A DNA stretch of 20,000 nucleotides from an uncultured virus (IMG/VR IMGVR_UViG_3300042468_000189) (taxonomy: Duplodnaviria; Heunggongvirae; Uroviricota; Caudoviricetes), in the IMG/VR virus record IMGVR_UViG_3300042468_000189; one strand, written 5' to 3'. Below the pieces are notes generated by a model. The model was given only the letters and a program-made list of their open reading frames with translations, had not been told where the DNA came from and ran no database searches. Shown piece by piece: positions 1-8,537 of the stretch (position 1 is the first letter of the stretch; every line of letters starts with the position of its first letter). A program made the translations under genes and the position numbers.

Positions 1-582
1 CCCGCTATTAAAGAGGCTAAGCGCCAAGCTGAAATAGCAAATCAGGCAATCGGCGCAAAAGCAGCGCAAGCAGGTGCTTTTGGTGGTTCTCGGCAAGGGT
101 TGATGGAGTCTGAGTTACAACGCAATCTGCTAAATCAGATTGGCACTATCCAAGGTCAAGGGTTACAGAAAGCTTACGAGTCTGGTCTTGGGCAGTTTAA
201 TACTGAACAACAGCGTGCTCTTGAAGCCCAGAAATTGGCTGAGCAATCTCGACAGTTTGGTTCTGAGCTTGGGCTTAAAGGTTTGCAAACTAGTATTCAA
301 GCGGGTAGTGCTCTTGGCAATCTTGGGCAACAGCAAGGTTATCTTGATCTGGCAACGCTTAAACAAATGGCGGATCTTGGGCAGCAACAGCAGCAGTTTG
401 ACTATAACGAGTTCTTGCGCGGTGAAAAGTATCCGTATGAAAATCTCACGTTTATGAGAAATATGCTGCAAGGACTGCCTTATAACGCAGCACCTACTGG
501 TATTGACCCCATGTCTCAGGCATTATCGGGTGGTATTTCTTCCGTTTACTTAGCGCAACTTCTTGGTGGGTTAGGGGGTTAA
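1..582 (+). CDS. Internal virion / DNA ejection protein, 5'-truncated by the window edge
   Basis: Frame 1 is open from base 1 (PAIKEAKRQAEIANQAIGAKAAQAGAFGGSRQGLMESE...), so the track start at 100 is probably not the true start. Gln/Gly/Ala-rich with a GAFGGSR motif typical of podovirus ejection proteins, a Gly-rich hydrophobic C-terminus, and a position upstream of other internal proteins. Confidence 0.65.
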   Translation, partial: PAIKEAKRQAEIANQAIGAKAAQAGAFGGSRQGLMESELQRNLLNQIGTIQGQGLQKAYESGLGQFNTEQQRALEAQKLAEQSRQFGSELGLKGLQTSIQAGSALGNLGQQQGYLDLATLKQMADLGQQQQQFDYNEFLRGEKYPYENLTFMRNMLQGLPYNAAPTGIDPMSQALSGGISSVYLAQLLGGLGG

Positions 583-585
583 AAC

Positions 586-2205
586 ATGGCACAGATTCCT
601 TTTTCCCCGCCTCAGACACAGGCTGCGCTACAAAACCCTGTCCGGTTTCCTGACCAAAGACTTCAGGAATATGCTAGAGGTCAACAGCCCACTGGACAAG
701 TCACGCCACAGATGGCGCAGCAAGAGATGATGGCTCGTGGTAACGAGCGTCAAGCTTTTCAGCGCCAACAAGCTATGCAAAACAATCCTGCAAACAGCCC
801 AACCATCTTTCAACAGAAGGATATGGAGTTGCAACAAAAGGCTCAGCAGCTTGCTGCGATGGGGCAACAGATACAACAAAAAGAACAACAGCTTGGTCTA
901 CTTGGCGCACTCATGGCTAAAAAAGAACAGGATCTTGCTGGACGCGAACAAGGTATTGCCACACTGCCGATGCGTCCTGATATGTTTACTGCGATGGATG
1001 GCGGTATTGTGTTTAGCGGTGGGGGTGGTGTACTTGGGTTTAAAAAAGGTGGCGATAGGGGCGAAATGGACCCAGAAAATGCTGCGGAATCTCCTTACCG
1101 TATTAGCGAGTCTGTTGAAGAAGAAGTTCCTTCAACCACAGGTACATCTACAGGTAAGTTAGATCCCCTCCAAGAAATTATGGCTGCTCGTCGCCGTATT
1201 ACTGAGCGTGGTGATAAAACTATGCTCTCGGAAGCTAAACAAAAAGATCTTAGAGATCAACGTATTGCTGAAATGGCTGCGGAGTTTGGAGAATACGAGA
1301 AGGGTAGGTCTGGTAGAGAAGCTCGTATGGCTGAAGCTTTGCGGGGCCAAAAACCTGAGTTAATGGATTATCTTGGCGCGATGGCAGCGGGGGGTCCAAA
1401 GCGTACGCTCGGTGAGACTTTATCTGCTATGGTCCCCGGCACTCAGAAACTTCGTGCTGAACAGCAAGCTCGTAACATGGCAGCAGCTAAATACCTTGCA
1501 GAAGCTGAAGAAAAAGCTGCTCAAGCTGAACTTGCTGAGAAACGTGGTCAACGTGCTGCTGCGGATAAACTGATTCAAGATAAGCAGGCACTAGAGCTTA
1601 AAGCATTTGAAGTTGCAAAAGGTGTTGAAGACACAGGCATCCGTGCGCTTACATCTGTCGCTGAAGCAGAAAGAGGAGAACGTAGCGAAGCTAGAAGAGC
1701 ACAAGAAGCTGCGGAAAGAATGGCGTTGGAAAGAGAGAAATTTAAATCTGAAGAAGCTTACCGCGCTGGTGACCGTGCATTCAAAGAGAAGATGGTTAGG
1801 CTTGAAGCTAGCTTACGACCAAAAGACTTCTATAACCAACTTCTCGGTATGGCAACTAATCCAAAAGATCCTAACTACGAATTTGCTAAGAATTTACTTG
1901 AAGCTCGTGGGGGTCGTAGTGGTGCGGGTGCAGATGGTAGACCGACGTTTGATCAAATAACAGACAACGTAGAGAAGCGTATGCAGAGCACTGATATAAA
2001 TAAAATTATCAAGGCTGCTGCTAAAGATCCTAAGAACCCTCGTACCTTGACTGAAGCTGACATACGTGAGATGTTTTTTGACGAGGAAATAGCAAGAGCT
2101 AAGAGGTTCTACGGGGAAGATGTTTTTAAAGGTATGAAACCATCTAAGTCTTCAGATGCTGGAGCTGTAGACACATCAAATCCACTTCTTTCAGGTAAGC
2201 CCTAA
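586..2205 (+). CDS. Putative internal virion (ejection) protein, 539 aa, Gln-rich N-terminus and long coiled coil
   Basis: Long ORF starting 3 nt after the previous stop, G-rich RBS (GGGGG 574-578), Ala/Glu/Lys/Gln helical composition and a tandem xxxGG motif cluster. Function inferred from context. Confidence 0.6.
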   Translation: MAQIPFSPPQTQAALQNPVRFPDQRLQEYARGQQPTGQVTPQMAQQEMMARGNERQAFQRQQAMQNNPANSPTIFQQKDMELQQKAQQLAAMGQQIQQKEQQLGLLGALMAKKEQDLAGREQGIATLPMRPDMFTAMDGGIVFSGGGGVLGFKKGGDRGEMDPENAAESPYRISESVEEEVPSTTGTSTGKLDPLQEIMAARRRITERGDKTMLSEAKQKDLRDQRIAEMAAEFGEYEKGRSGREARMAEALRGQKPELMDYLGAMAAGGPKRTLGETLSAMVPGTQKLRAEQQARNMAAAKYLAEAEEKAAQAELAEKRGQRAAADKLIQDKQALELKAFEVAKGVEDTGIRALTSVAEAERGERSEARRAQEAAERMALEREKFKSEEAYRAGDRAFKEKMVRLEASLRPKDFYNQLLGMATNPKDPNYEFAKNLLEARGGRSGAGADGRPTFDQITDNVEKRMQSTDINKIIKAAAKDPKNPRTLTEADIREMFFDEEIARAKRFYGEDVFKGMKPSKSSDAGAVDTSNPLLSGKP

Positions 2206-2210
2206 TTGCC

Positions 2211-5200
2211 ATGCCGACACTGCTGGAGATCCTGCAAGACCCCAACTACATCAACGCAAATCCTGCTACAAAAAAAGCTATCTTTGATAAGTACGCTCCG
2301 CAGGATTCTAATTATGTAGATGCTAATGACGCTACCAAAGCTGCCATACGGCAGCGTTTTGGGTTAAGCACTGCTGCTCCTGCTGTCAAAAAACAATACG
2401 GTGTACCCTTAGAAGTTCCTCCTGAAGATAAGGAAGGGTTTGTCCCCGCTGTTAAGGCAGGGTATGAATCACTCAAAGGATCGCTTGCGCTTGCTGCTGG
2501 TAAAGCAGGACTAATGGATCTTAAAGAAGCCGAGCGTTATCAAGCAGAGCGCGAAGCAGAAGCCCAGAGGGTATTCACACCTACTGAAAAGGGTTGGTCT
2601 GAAGCGCCTTTTCAAAAATTTAAAGAGACTTTGGGTGGTTCATTACCTTATATGGCTGCACCTATTGCTGCGGCTGCGGGTGCCGCTGCGCTTCCTGTTA
2701 CGGGTACTGCCGCTACATTAGCCACTTTGGGCGCAACTGGTTTAGTGTCTGCTACGCAGTTCACAGGTACTAATCTTGCGAGACAGCTTGACGAAGTAAA
2801 GCGCACTAATCCTAATGCGGGGCTTGAACAAACAAGTTTAGGTAGCGCCGTTGCCGCTGCCATACCACAGACTGCGCTAGATATTGTTGGTATGAAAGCT
2901 ATCCCACTAGTGCGTGGGTTGTTTAAGTCTGTTGGTAAAGAAGTCACTGAACAACAAGCTAAGAACTTTGCCGAGCAAGGGTTCCGTCGCACACTTGCTG
3001 ATTACTCTTTAGCTACAGGCAAAGCTGCGGGTGTTGAAGGTGCTACTGAGACAGGGCAACAATTTTTAGAGCGTCTACAAGCTGGGTTAAACATTGCAGA
3101 TGCTGATGCTCGTAAAGAGTACGTTGAAAGTTTTATTGGTGGTGCTGTTCTTGGTGGCGCACTTTCTCCTGCTGGTCGATACATTGAGCGACGCAGGGAA
3201 GCAAAGACTCCCGAAGAACGTTCTGCAATTGATGAAGCACAAGCCAAGATTGATGCAGAGCAGCTAGCAAAGCAGAAAGAAGATCTTCAAGGGAAAGCCG
3301 CTGCGGTAAATGTAGAAGACATTGCTGCTAGGACGCAAGAGCTTGCTAAAGAACCTGCTACTGCTGGTGACGTATTAACTGCTGCTACTCAAGCAGCACA
3401 AGAAAAGTTAGCTGAGCAAGCAACTCCAGAACAAAAAGTAGCGGAAGCTGCTACTAAAGTTGATGCGCTTACTTCTAGGATTAATGAACTTACTGACGAA
3501 TACATAGCTGCTGGAGATTCCCCTGATCAAGCCAAAATCAAAGCCGCTGCTCAGGCTGCGGAAGAGGAACGAAACGACCAAGAGGCTGACCAAGCTCTAT
3601 CCGAACTTGCAGAAATTCAAGCCGAAGCCGGAAAGGAGGCAGAAGATGCTGCTAAAGCTATCGAACAAGGAGGTGGAGAAAGCGTTCCAATTCCTAGCCG
3701 ACCCGACGGAGGAGTACCCACCGGAGGAGTTGAGCCACCTGTCGCCGGTGGAGTGGAACGCCCTGCACGTCCTGCTGAACCAACTGTACGAGGAGAGGAA
3801 GTACCATCCGGTGCAGTAGAAGAAAAAACTCAACCCCCAAAGGAAATCCCCAGTGTCACTACGCCCACTGAAACCAAGCAAGCAAAAGAAGAAGGAGCAG
3901 CAGCGCCTGCTGAAGGAACAAAAGTGGCAAAACTTGCCACAGCAGCCAAACCTGCCGGTGTACCAAAAGCAGCAGCCCCTCAAGTAACAATTATTAATCA
4001 GTATCCTGGCAAGAATACAAACGGCCAAAATACAAAAGATCTTGTGCTCTCAAACGGAGAGACCGTTACTATTACGAATGTAGGTGAAGGGCGTAAGCCT
4101 AAGTGGGTTAGGCGTGTAAATGGTGAGGAAGAAGTTCTTGGCACTAACTTAAAAGATGCGTTTCTAAAAGTTAGATCTGATGCTGTGCCTACTGGCCCTG
4201 CGCCTAAACGTGGTCCGAAACCTAAGCTGACTGAGGAAGAAAAAGAAGCTCGTGCTGTTGAGTCGGGGATGCGTACTGAGGAACTTAACGCAATTGAAAA
4301 TATTATTCTTTCTACTAAGAAGCTAAAAGGTTCTGACCGCCCCGGCTTGGCTACGATGTTGGATCTGTTCCTTGGCCCAAGACCCGAATCTAAAGCTTCC
4401 ATGCAGCAGTACCACGATACTTTTATGAAAGGTATTGAGGGTCAGTTTGCAAACATTGGTAATCCAGAAACTAGAACAGAAACTCTTAACGACTATATAA
4501 CTAAGAGAGTGCTCCCTGTTTTGGAAGAGCTGTACCGCCTTGGTACTGATCCAAGGTATGCAAACACTCGCATCCGTGATCTCGCTATGAGTAATTTTGA
4601 GCGTGGTCCTAGCAATATTAAAAAGGGCATCATAGCGCGAGCTGAACGCCGTAAAGAAGAGACTAAGCCTGTAGAGCAAACAGAAGCTGTTAGCGAAGAA
4701 CCCATAGTCACACCCAAGGCTCCCACTGGCCCTGCACCTGTCGTTACTACTAAGGTAAAGAAGCGTACGTTCGTAAAACCAGAAGGTGGTCCTGGTGCTC
4801 TTGCTCAGGCAGATATTTCAGAAACGGAATTACAGTCAACCAGCCCTGCCTTAAATCCAAAGATCGAAGCCGGTGCGCCTAAGACAGGTAAAGACGCTGC
4901 CCAGATTATTGCAAAAGATCCTAAGAGCAATAAGTTTGAACGCACCTTGGCACAAAAATTGGTGTCTGCGTTAGGGAATATAAAATTCATAATTGTTTCT
5001 AATAAGTCTAAGCAAGGGCTTATTGATAATTTCAAGAAGCAAAAAGCTAGGGGGTTGTTCATACCCACTAACGATATGGTCGTTGTAGCAGGGAGCGATC
5101 TGTCAGGGGTAGGGCAAGGCGTAAACAACCAGACTGTTTTGCACGAGCTACTACATGCGGGGACTGCGGTAAAAATCTACGAAGGTGAGCAGATTGTAAA

Positions 5201-8200
5201 AGCTGACCCTAGAAGCACAGACCCAAGGGCGCTTGCGTATCGTAAATTAGTACGGTTAATGGCTGCTGCACGGGACGCAGCCGATGATGCGGATAAGCTT
5301 CCTGATGGTCATCCATACAAAGAATTTGTAAAAAGCTTAAATCAAAAGTTCACCAAAGGTAAAGCTCTAACCAATGTGTATGAGTTTTTAACCTACGGTA
5401 TGACTGATGGGGACTTTCAGCAGTTCTTAAGCACAGTGCAGTTTGGCAAAACGCAAAGCGTCATGAGCACTTTTGTAGCTACGATTAGACAGCTACTTGG
5501 GCTTAGTAAAAACGATGAGTCTGCGCTTGCTAACCTTATTGAAGTAACAGACACGCTCTTGTCACTGGAGCCTTCCGTTGCCGACGCGCAGGCTAAAATA
5601 GAAATACTCTCCCAGAAAAAAGACGTACAGACCGCTGCCGATGTGCAAGTCAAATATGCTAACGACGTAATCAATACGCCTCGTAGCCAAGGCCCATCTG
5701 TATCTGCGCTGAACCAAGCTATAGCTAACGGTATGGATCTATCTAGTCAGGCAGAGCTTGCTGGTGCTATTGCAGAAGGTGCTATGTCTGGTGCTAGAAA
5801 ACATATTCTTGGTGCGTTTACTCCTAGCCAACTTGCAAAACTTGTTAAAGACAAAATCCCTGCGCTTACTCGTGTGGTCGATCTTGGTCGGAAGTTCAAC
5901 GCTAAGCGCCAGCAGTACGTCGATGAGATGAAAGATGTTATGAAGCCGTGGCTTAAGCTTCAACGCAACGACCGTGAACAAAGTCAGTTGCTTGCCACCA
6001 TCATGCACCTCTCTACAGTTAACGGTATAGACCCAAGCATCCCCGGTAAAGATCGTCTTGCATCCACGCCGCAGTCAGATACCTTGGATGATCTGTGGGA
6101 AAAGCTTGGCGAACCGGGGCGCAAGATTTATATCGATGTACGTGATTACTACGCTAAGCAATATGAAACGTATAAAGATCTTTTGAACAAACGTATTGAA
6201 ATGATGGGGATCTCCGATGAGGAGAAAACCAAGTTCATGGATCTGCTCAAGAAACAATTTGAGTCAGACAAAGTAGCTAAGCCTTACTTCCCTCTTATGA
6301 GATATGGAGAGAACTGGTTGCGTGTCGGCAAAGGCAAGGACATGGAGTTTTATATGTTTGAGTCTGCCTCAGAGCGCAACCGCTTCGCCATCCGTAGAGC
6401 TAAGGAGATGGGCAAGCCGCTGAAGGATTTGTACGCCGACGGTACGCTCAAGCGTGGTGACCAGCTTAAGAATATGATGGAAGAAAGCTTTGCTGATACG
6501 ACGAAGCTAAAAGAAGTTCTTGCTGCTGTAGACAAGTTAGGCATCGACACTGATAAGGCATCGATCAAGGACGAGATCTATCAGATGTATCTGCTCACGC
6601 TGCCAGAGAAGAGCTTCCGCAAACAGTTTATTCATCGTAAAAACACAGCAGGTTTTAGCGCAGATGCCCTACGGAACTTTGGCACTGCGGGTTTCCGTAT
6701 GTCCAATCAACTTGCCAAGATGGAGTACCAACCCCAGATCGTCAACACACTTGACGAAGCAAGAGAGTCTATCAAGGATGACCCTGACGCATCTAAGTAT
6801 CGTCCTTATATCGAAGAAGTAGCAGGCGACTTTGACGCTGCTGTTAATCCTAAGAACGAAAACTCTATCCTGAACTTTGCAGCCAACGGACTATCGACGC
6901 TCAACTTCTTCTACTACATGAGTTCGATCTCGTCTGCTCTGACGAACATGACTTCGCTGCCTGTGTTTGGTTATCCCACACTGCTTGCTGAGTATGGCAA
7001 GACTCCCGGCGGCGCAAAGGATGTGCACAAAGAGCTTGTGCGGTTCATGAATGTCTACAAGGAAGTTGGGTTCCGACGCAAGGTTAATGGTAAGACTGAA
7101 TATGTTATGCCTTCCATACGCAATGCGTTGACCAATGCTGATGAGATTAAGGCTTACGATGAGTTTGCGGCTGACAACCTTTTCTCATTCAACCGCTCGA
7201 TGGATTTGCTCAATATCGTCAAGTCTCCTTCTCAGGAAGCTACTAACCCTAACATTTTGAAAGTGCCTGTTCAGGCTGCAACCGATGCTGTCTCTACGTT
7301 GTTCTCCATGACGGAACAACTACCCCGCGAGATGATGGCTATGGCTGCTTATCGCTTAGGACGCAGTCAAGGTTTGTCGCATGATGAAGCTACTAAAAAA
7401 GCTTTGGATCTGACGCATGATGCGATGTACGACTACTCCATGTTTGATACACCCAGATACTTCCGTGGGCCGGTTGGCAGAACCATATTCCAGTTCAAGA
7501 AATTTTCACAGAACACGGCGTTCTATCTCACGACTAATTTCTTGCAAATGTTTAAAGGTGCAGATCCTACGATTAGGAAGCAAGCTGCAACGCGCTTCTT
7601 CGGCACACTAGGTATGACAGGTATGTTTGCAGGTCTGACGGGTATGCCGTTGTACACCGTGATGTCTACCGTTGCCGAGAAAGTATTAAGTGCATTTGGT
7701 GATGATGACGATGACGAAGACAGTGCAGCTTTCCAGATACGCAAGTACGGATTTGATTTGTGGTTTAAGAAGTGGCTGTCCGAAAACTTTGGCGCAAATG
7801 TAGCAACCTACGTCGCTATGGGTCCGGTCACTGGGCTAACAGGTGCAGACTTCAACTCGCGGGTCAAACTTAACGATCTATTCTTCCAAGATTGGGAGTT
7901 TAAAGGGTTGCTCGGCCCAAGCTTCGGTATGTTTGAGAATGCCCAACGTGCGTACGACAGATTCAAAGAAGGGCAAACCGAGAGGGCTATCGAGACCATG
8001 ATGCCTGCGTTCATCAGGCAACCGCTGAAAGCGTATCGCTTTAGCGAAGAAGGAGTAAAGACTCCAAAAGGCTACGAGGTTGTAGCGCAAGAAGATTTGA
8101 ACTGGATGGACATAGCCATGCAGAGTATTGGGTACGCCCCAATCAAAGTGTCCGCAAAACAAACTGAGAACTTTAAGCTTAAGAAGCTAGAACAGGAACG

Positions 8201-8453
8201 GGAAGAAGAGCGCACAGAACTGCTAAAGCGTTCGGTCTATGCGCGACGGGGTATTTCTGACGAAGACCCCGATGATATTCAGGAAGATATTGATAAGTTC
8301 AACAGTAAGTTTCCCAACCGTCGAATCCTCCCTGTAACCATCATGCAGTCGGATCAAGCTAGGCGTAGGCAGGAACGTGCCGTAGACCAAGGGTTGTATA
8401 TAGCCAACCCGATGAACCGACGCGAACTCTTAGAGCTGAGAGCTAAAGAGTAA
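2211..8453 (+). CDS. Large polyvalent internal virion protein (2080 aa) with a zincin-like metallopeptidase domain
   Basis: Uninterrupted 6.2-kb ORF. Gly/Ala hydrophobic segments near the N-terminus, a Pro/Glu-rich linker, HELLH (H978-H982, nt 5142-5156) with a downstream Glu in NVYEFLTYG (E1058), and a helical C-terminal region with hydrophobic segments. Last gene of the structural arm. Confidence 0.8.
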   Translation: MPTLLEILQDPNYINANPATKKAIFDKYAPQDSNYVDANDATKAAIRQRFGLSTAAPAVKKQYGVPLEVPPEDKEGFVPAVKAGYESLKGSLALAAGKAGLMDLKEAERYQAEREAEAQRVFTPTEKGWSEAPFQKFKETLGGSLPYMAAPIAAAAGAAALPVTGTAATLATLGATGLVSATQFTGTNLARQLDEVKRTNPNAGLEQTSLGSAVAAAIPQTALDIVGMKAIPLVRGLFKSVGKEVTEQQAKNFAEQGFRRTLADYSLATGKAAGVEGATETGQQFLERLQAGLNIADADARKEYVESFIGGAVLGGALSPAGRYIERRREAKTPEERSAIDEAQAKIDAEQLAKQKEDLQGKAAAVNVEDIAARTQELAKEPATAGDVLTAATQAAQEKLAEQATPEQKVAEAATKVDALTSRINELTDEYIAAGDSPDQAKIKAAAQAAEEERNDQEADQALSELAEIQAEAGKEAEDAAKAIEQGGGESVPIPSRPDGGVPTGGVEPPVAGGVERPARPAEPTVRGEEVPSGAVEEKTQPPKEIPSVTTPTETKQAKEEGAAAPAEGTKVAKLATAAKPAGVPKAAAPQVTIINQYPGKNTNGQNTKDLVLSNGETVTITNVGEGRKPKWVRRVNGEEEVLGTNLKDAFLKVRSDAVPTGPAPKRGPKPKLTEEEKEARAVESGMRTEELNAIENIILSTKKLKGSDRPGLATMLDLFLGPRPESKASMQQYHDTFMKGIEGQFANIGNPETRTETLNDYITKRVLPVLEELYRLGTDPRYANTRIRDLAMSNFERGPSNIKKGIIARAERRKEETKPVEQTEAVSEEPIVTPKAPTGPAPVVTTKVKKRTFVKPEGGPGALAQADISETELQSTSPALNPKIEAGAPKTGKDAAQIIAKDPKSNKFERTLAQKLVSALGNIKFIIVSNKSKQGLIDNFKKQKARGLFIPTNDMVVVAGSDLSGVGQGVNNQTVLHELLHAGTAVKIYEGEQIVKADPRSTDPRALAYRKLVRLMAAARDAADDADKLPDGHPYKEFVKSLNQKFTKGKALTNVYEFLTYGMTDGDFQQFLSTVQFGKTQSVMSTFVATIRQLLGLSKNDESALANLIEVTDTLLSLEPSVADAQAKIEILSQKKDVQTAADVQVKYANDVINTPRSQGPSVSALNQAIANGMDLSSQAELAGAIAEGAMSGARKHILGAFTPSQLAKLVKDKIPALTRVVDLGRKFNAKRQQYVDEMKDVMKPWLKLQRNDREQSQLLATIMHLSTVNGIDPSIPGKDRLASTPQSDTLDDLWEKLGEPGRKIYIDVRDYYAKQYETYKDLLNKRIEMMGISDEEKTKFMDLLKKQFESDKVAKPYFPLMRYGENWLRVGKGKDMEFYMFESASERNRFAIRRAKEMGKPLKDLYADGTLKRGDQLKNMMEESFADTTKLKEVLAAVDKLGIDTDKASIKDEIYQMYLLTLPEKSFRKQFIHRKNTAGFSADALRNFGTAGFRMSNQLAKMEYQPQIVNTLDEARESIKDDPDASKYRPYIEEVAGDFDAAVNPKNENSILNFAANGLSTLNFFYYMSSISSALTNMTSLPVFGYPTLLAEYGKTPGGAKDVHKELVRFMNVYKEVGFRRKVNGKTEYVMPSIRNALTNADEIKAYDEFAADNLFSFNRSMDLLNIVKSPSQEATNPNILKVPVQAATDAVSTLFSMTEQLPREMMAMAAYRLGRSQGLSHDEATKKALDLTHDAMYDYSMFDTPRYFRGPVGRTIFQFKKFSQNTAFYLTTNFLQMFKGADPTIRKQAATRFFGTLGMTGMFAGLTGMPLYTVMSTVAEKVLSAFGDDDDDEDSAAFQIRKYGFDLWFKKWLSENFGANVATYVAMGPVTGLTGADFNSRVKLNDLFFQDWEFKGLLGPSFGMFENAQRAYDRFKEGQTERAIETMMPAFIRQPLKAYRFSEEGVKTPKGYEVVAQEDLNWMDIAMQSIGYAPIKVSAKQTENFKLKKLEQEREEERTELLKRSVYARRGISDEDPDDIQEDIDKFNSKFPNRRILPVTIMQSDQARRRQERAVDQGLYIANPMNRRELLELRAKE
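3646..3819 (+). CDS. Candidate overprinted small gene (57 aa, +1 frame) nested in the giant virion gene
   Basis: AAGGAGG at 3633-3639, 6-nt spacer, ATG at 3646. Product MLLKLSNKEVEKAFQFLADPTEEYPPEELSHLSPVEWNALHVLLNQLYEERKYHPVQ looks like two amphipathic helices. The host frame here is a Pro/Gly linker with atypical codons. Confidence 0.6.
   Translation: MLLKLSNKEVEKAFQFLADPTEEYPPEELSHLSPVEWNALHVLLNQLYEERKYHPVQ
3853..3987 (+). CDS. Second candidate overprinted ORF (44 aa, +1 frame, basic and Gln-rich)
   Basis: AAGGA at 3840-3844, 8-nt spacer, GTG at 3853, TAA at 3985-3987. Product MSLRPLKPSKQKKKEQQRLLKEQKWQNLPQQPNLPVYQKQQPLK. Confidence 0.3.
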   Translation: MSLRPLKPSKQKKKEQQRLLKEQKWQNLPQQPNLPVYQKQQPLK

Positions 8454-8479
8454 AAAAATCCCCGCAGGAGGGCGGGGAT
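8452..8479 (-). terminator. Rho-independent terminator for the minus-strand replication operon
   Basis: 8-bp stem ATCCCCGC (8458-8465) / GCGGGGAT (8472-8479) with a 6-nt loop. The A7 run at 8452-8458 gives a U-tail on the minus strand. Lies between convergent genes. Confidence 0.85.
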
Positions 8480-8523
8480 GAAAAGACTCGTCGTGAGTCT
8501 GAGGAGACAGCATGGACTACAGC
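8452..8523 (-). ncRNA. Candidate ~70-nt small RNA or regulatory 3'UTR carrying anti-SD/anti-AUG sequence
   Basis: Minus-strand TATACT (8534-8529) lies 17 bp from a weak -35 TTCGCG (8557-8552). Hairpin AGACTC/GAGTCT (8484-8500), then the terminator. Contains UCCAUGCUGUCUCCU, complementary to phage start regions. Confidence 0.35.
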
Positions 8524-8537
8524 GGTGGAGTATACAG

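Noticed and set aside
140..1960. +1-frame ORFs 140-457, 737-1162, 1373-1573 and 1607-1960
   Set aside because: Leu/Lys/Asn-rich shadows of GCT/GAA/CAA-rich coding sequence. I saw no convincing RBS and no distortion of the host frame, unlike the 3646 ORF.
2648..8162. Minus-strand ORFs antisense to the giant gene, and plus-strand ORFs antisense to the replication genes
   Set aside because: Typical antisense shadows (Ser/Phe/Leu-rich) that fully overlap well-supported genes.
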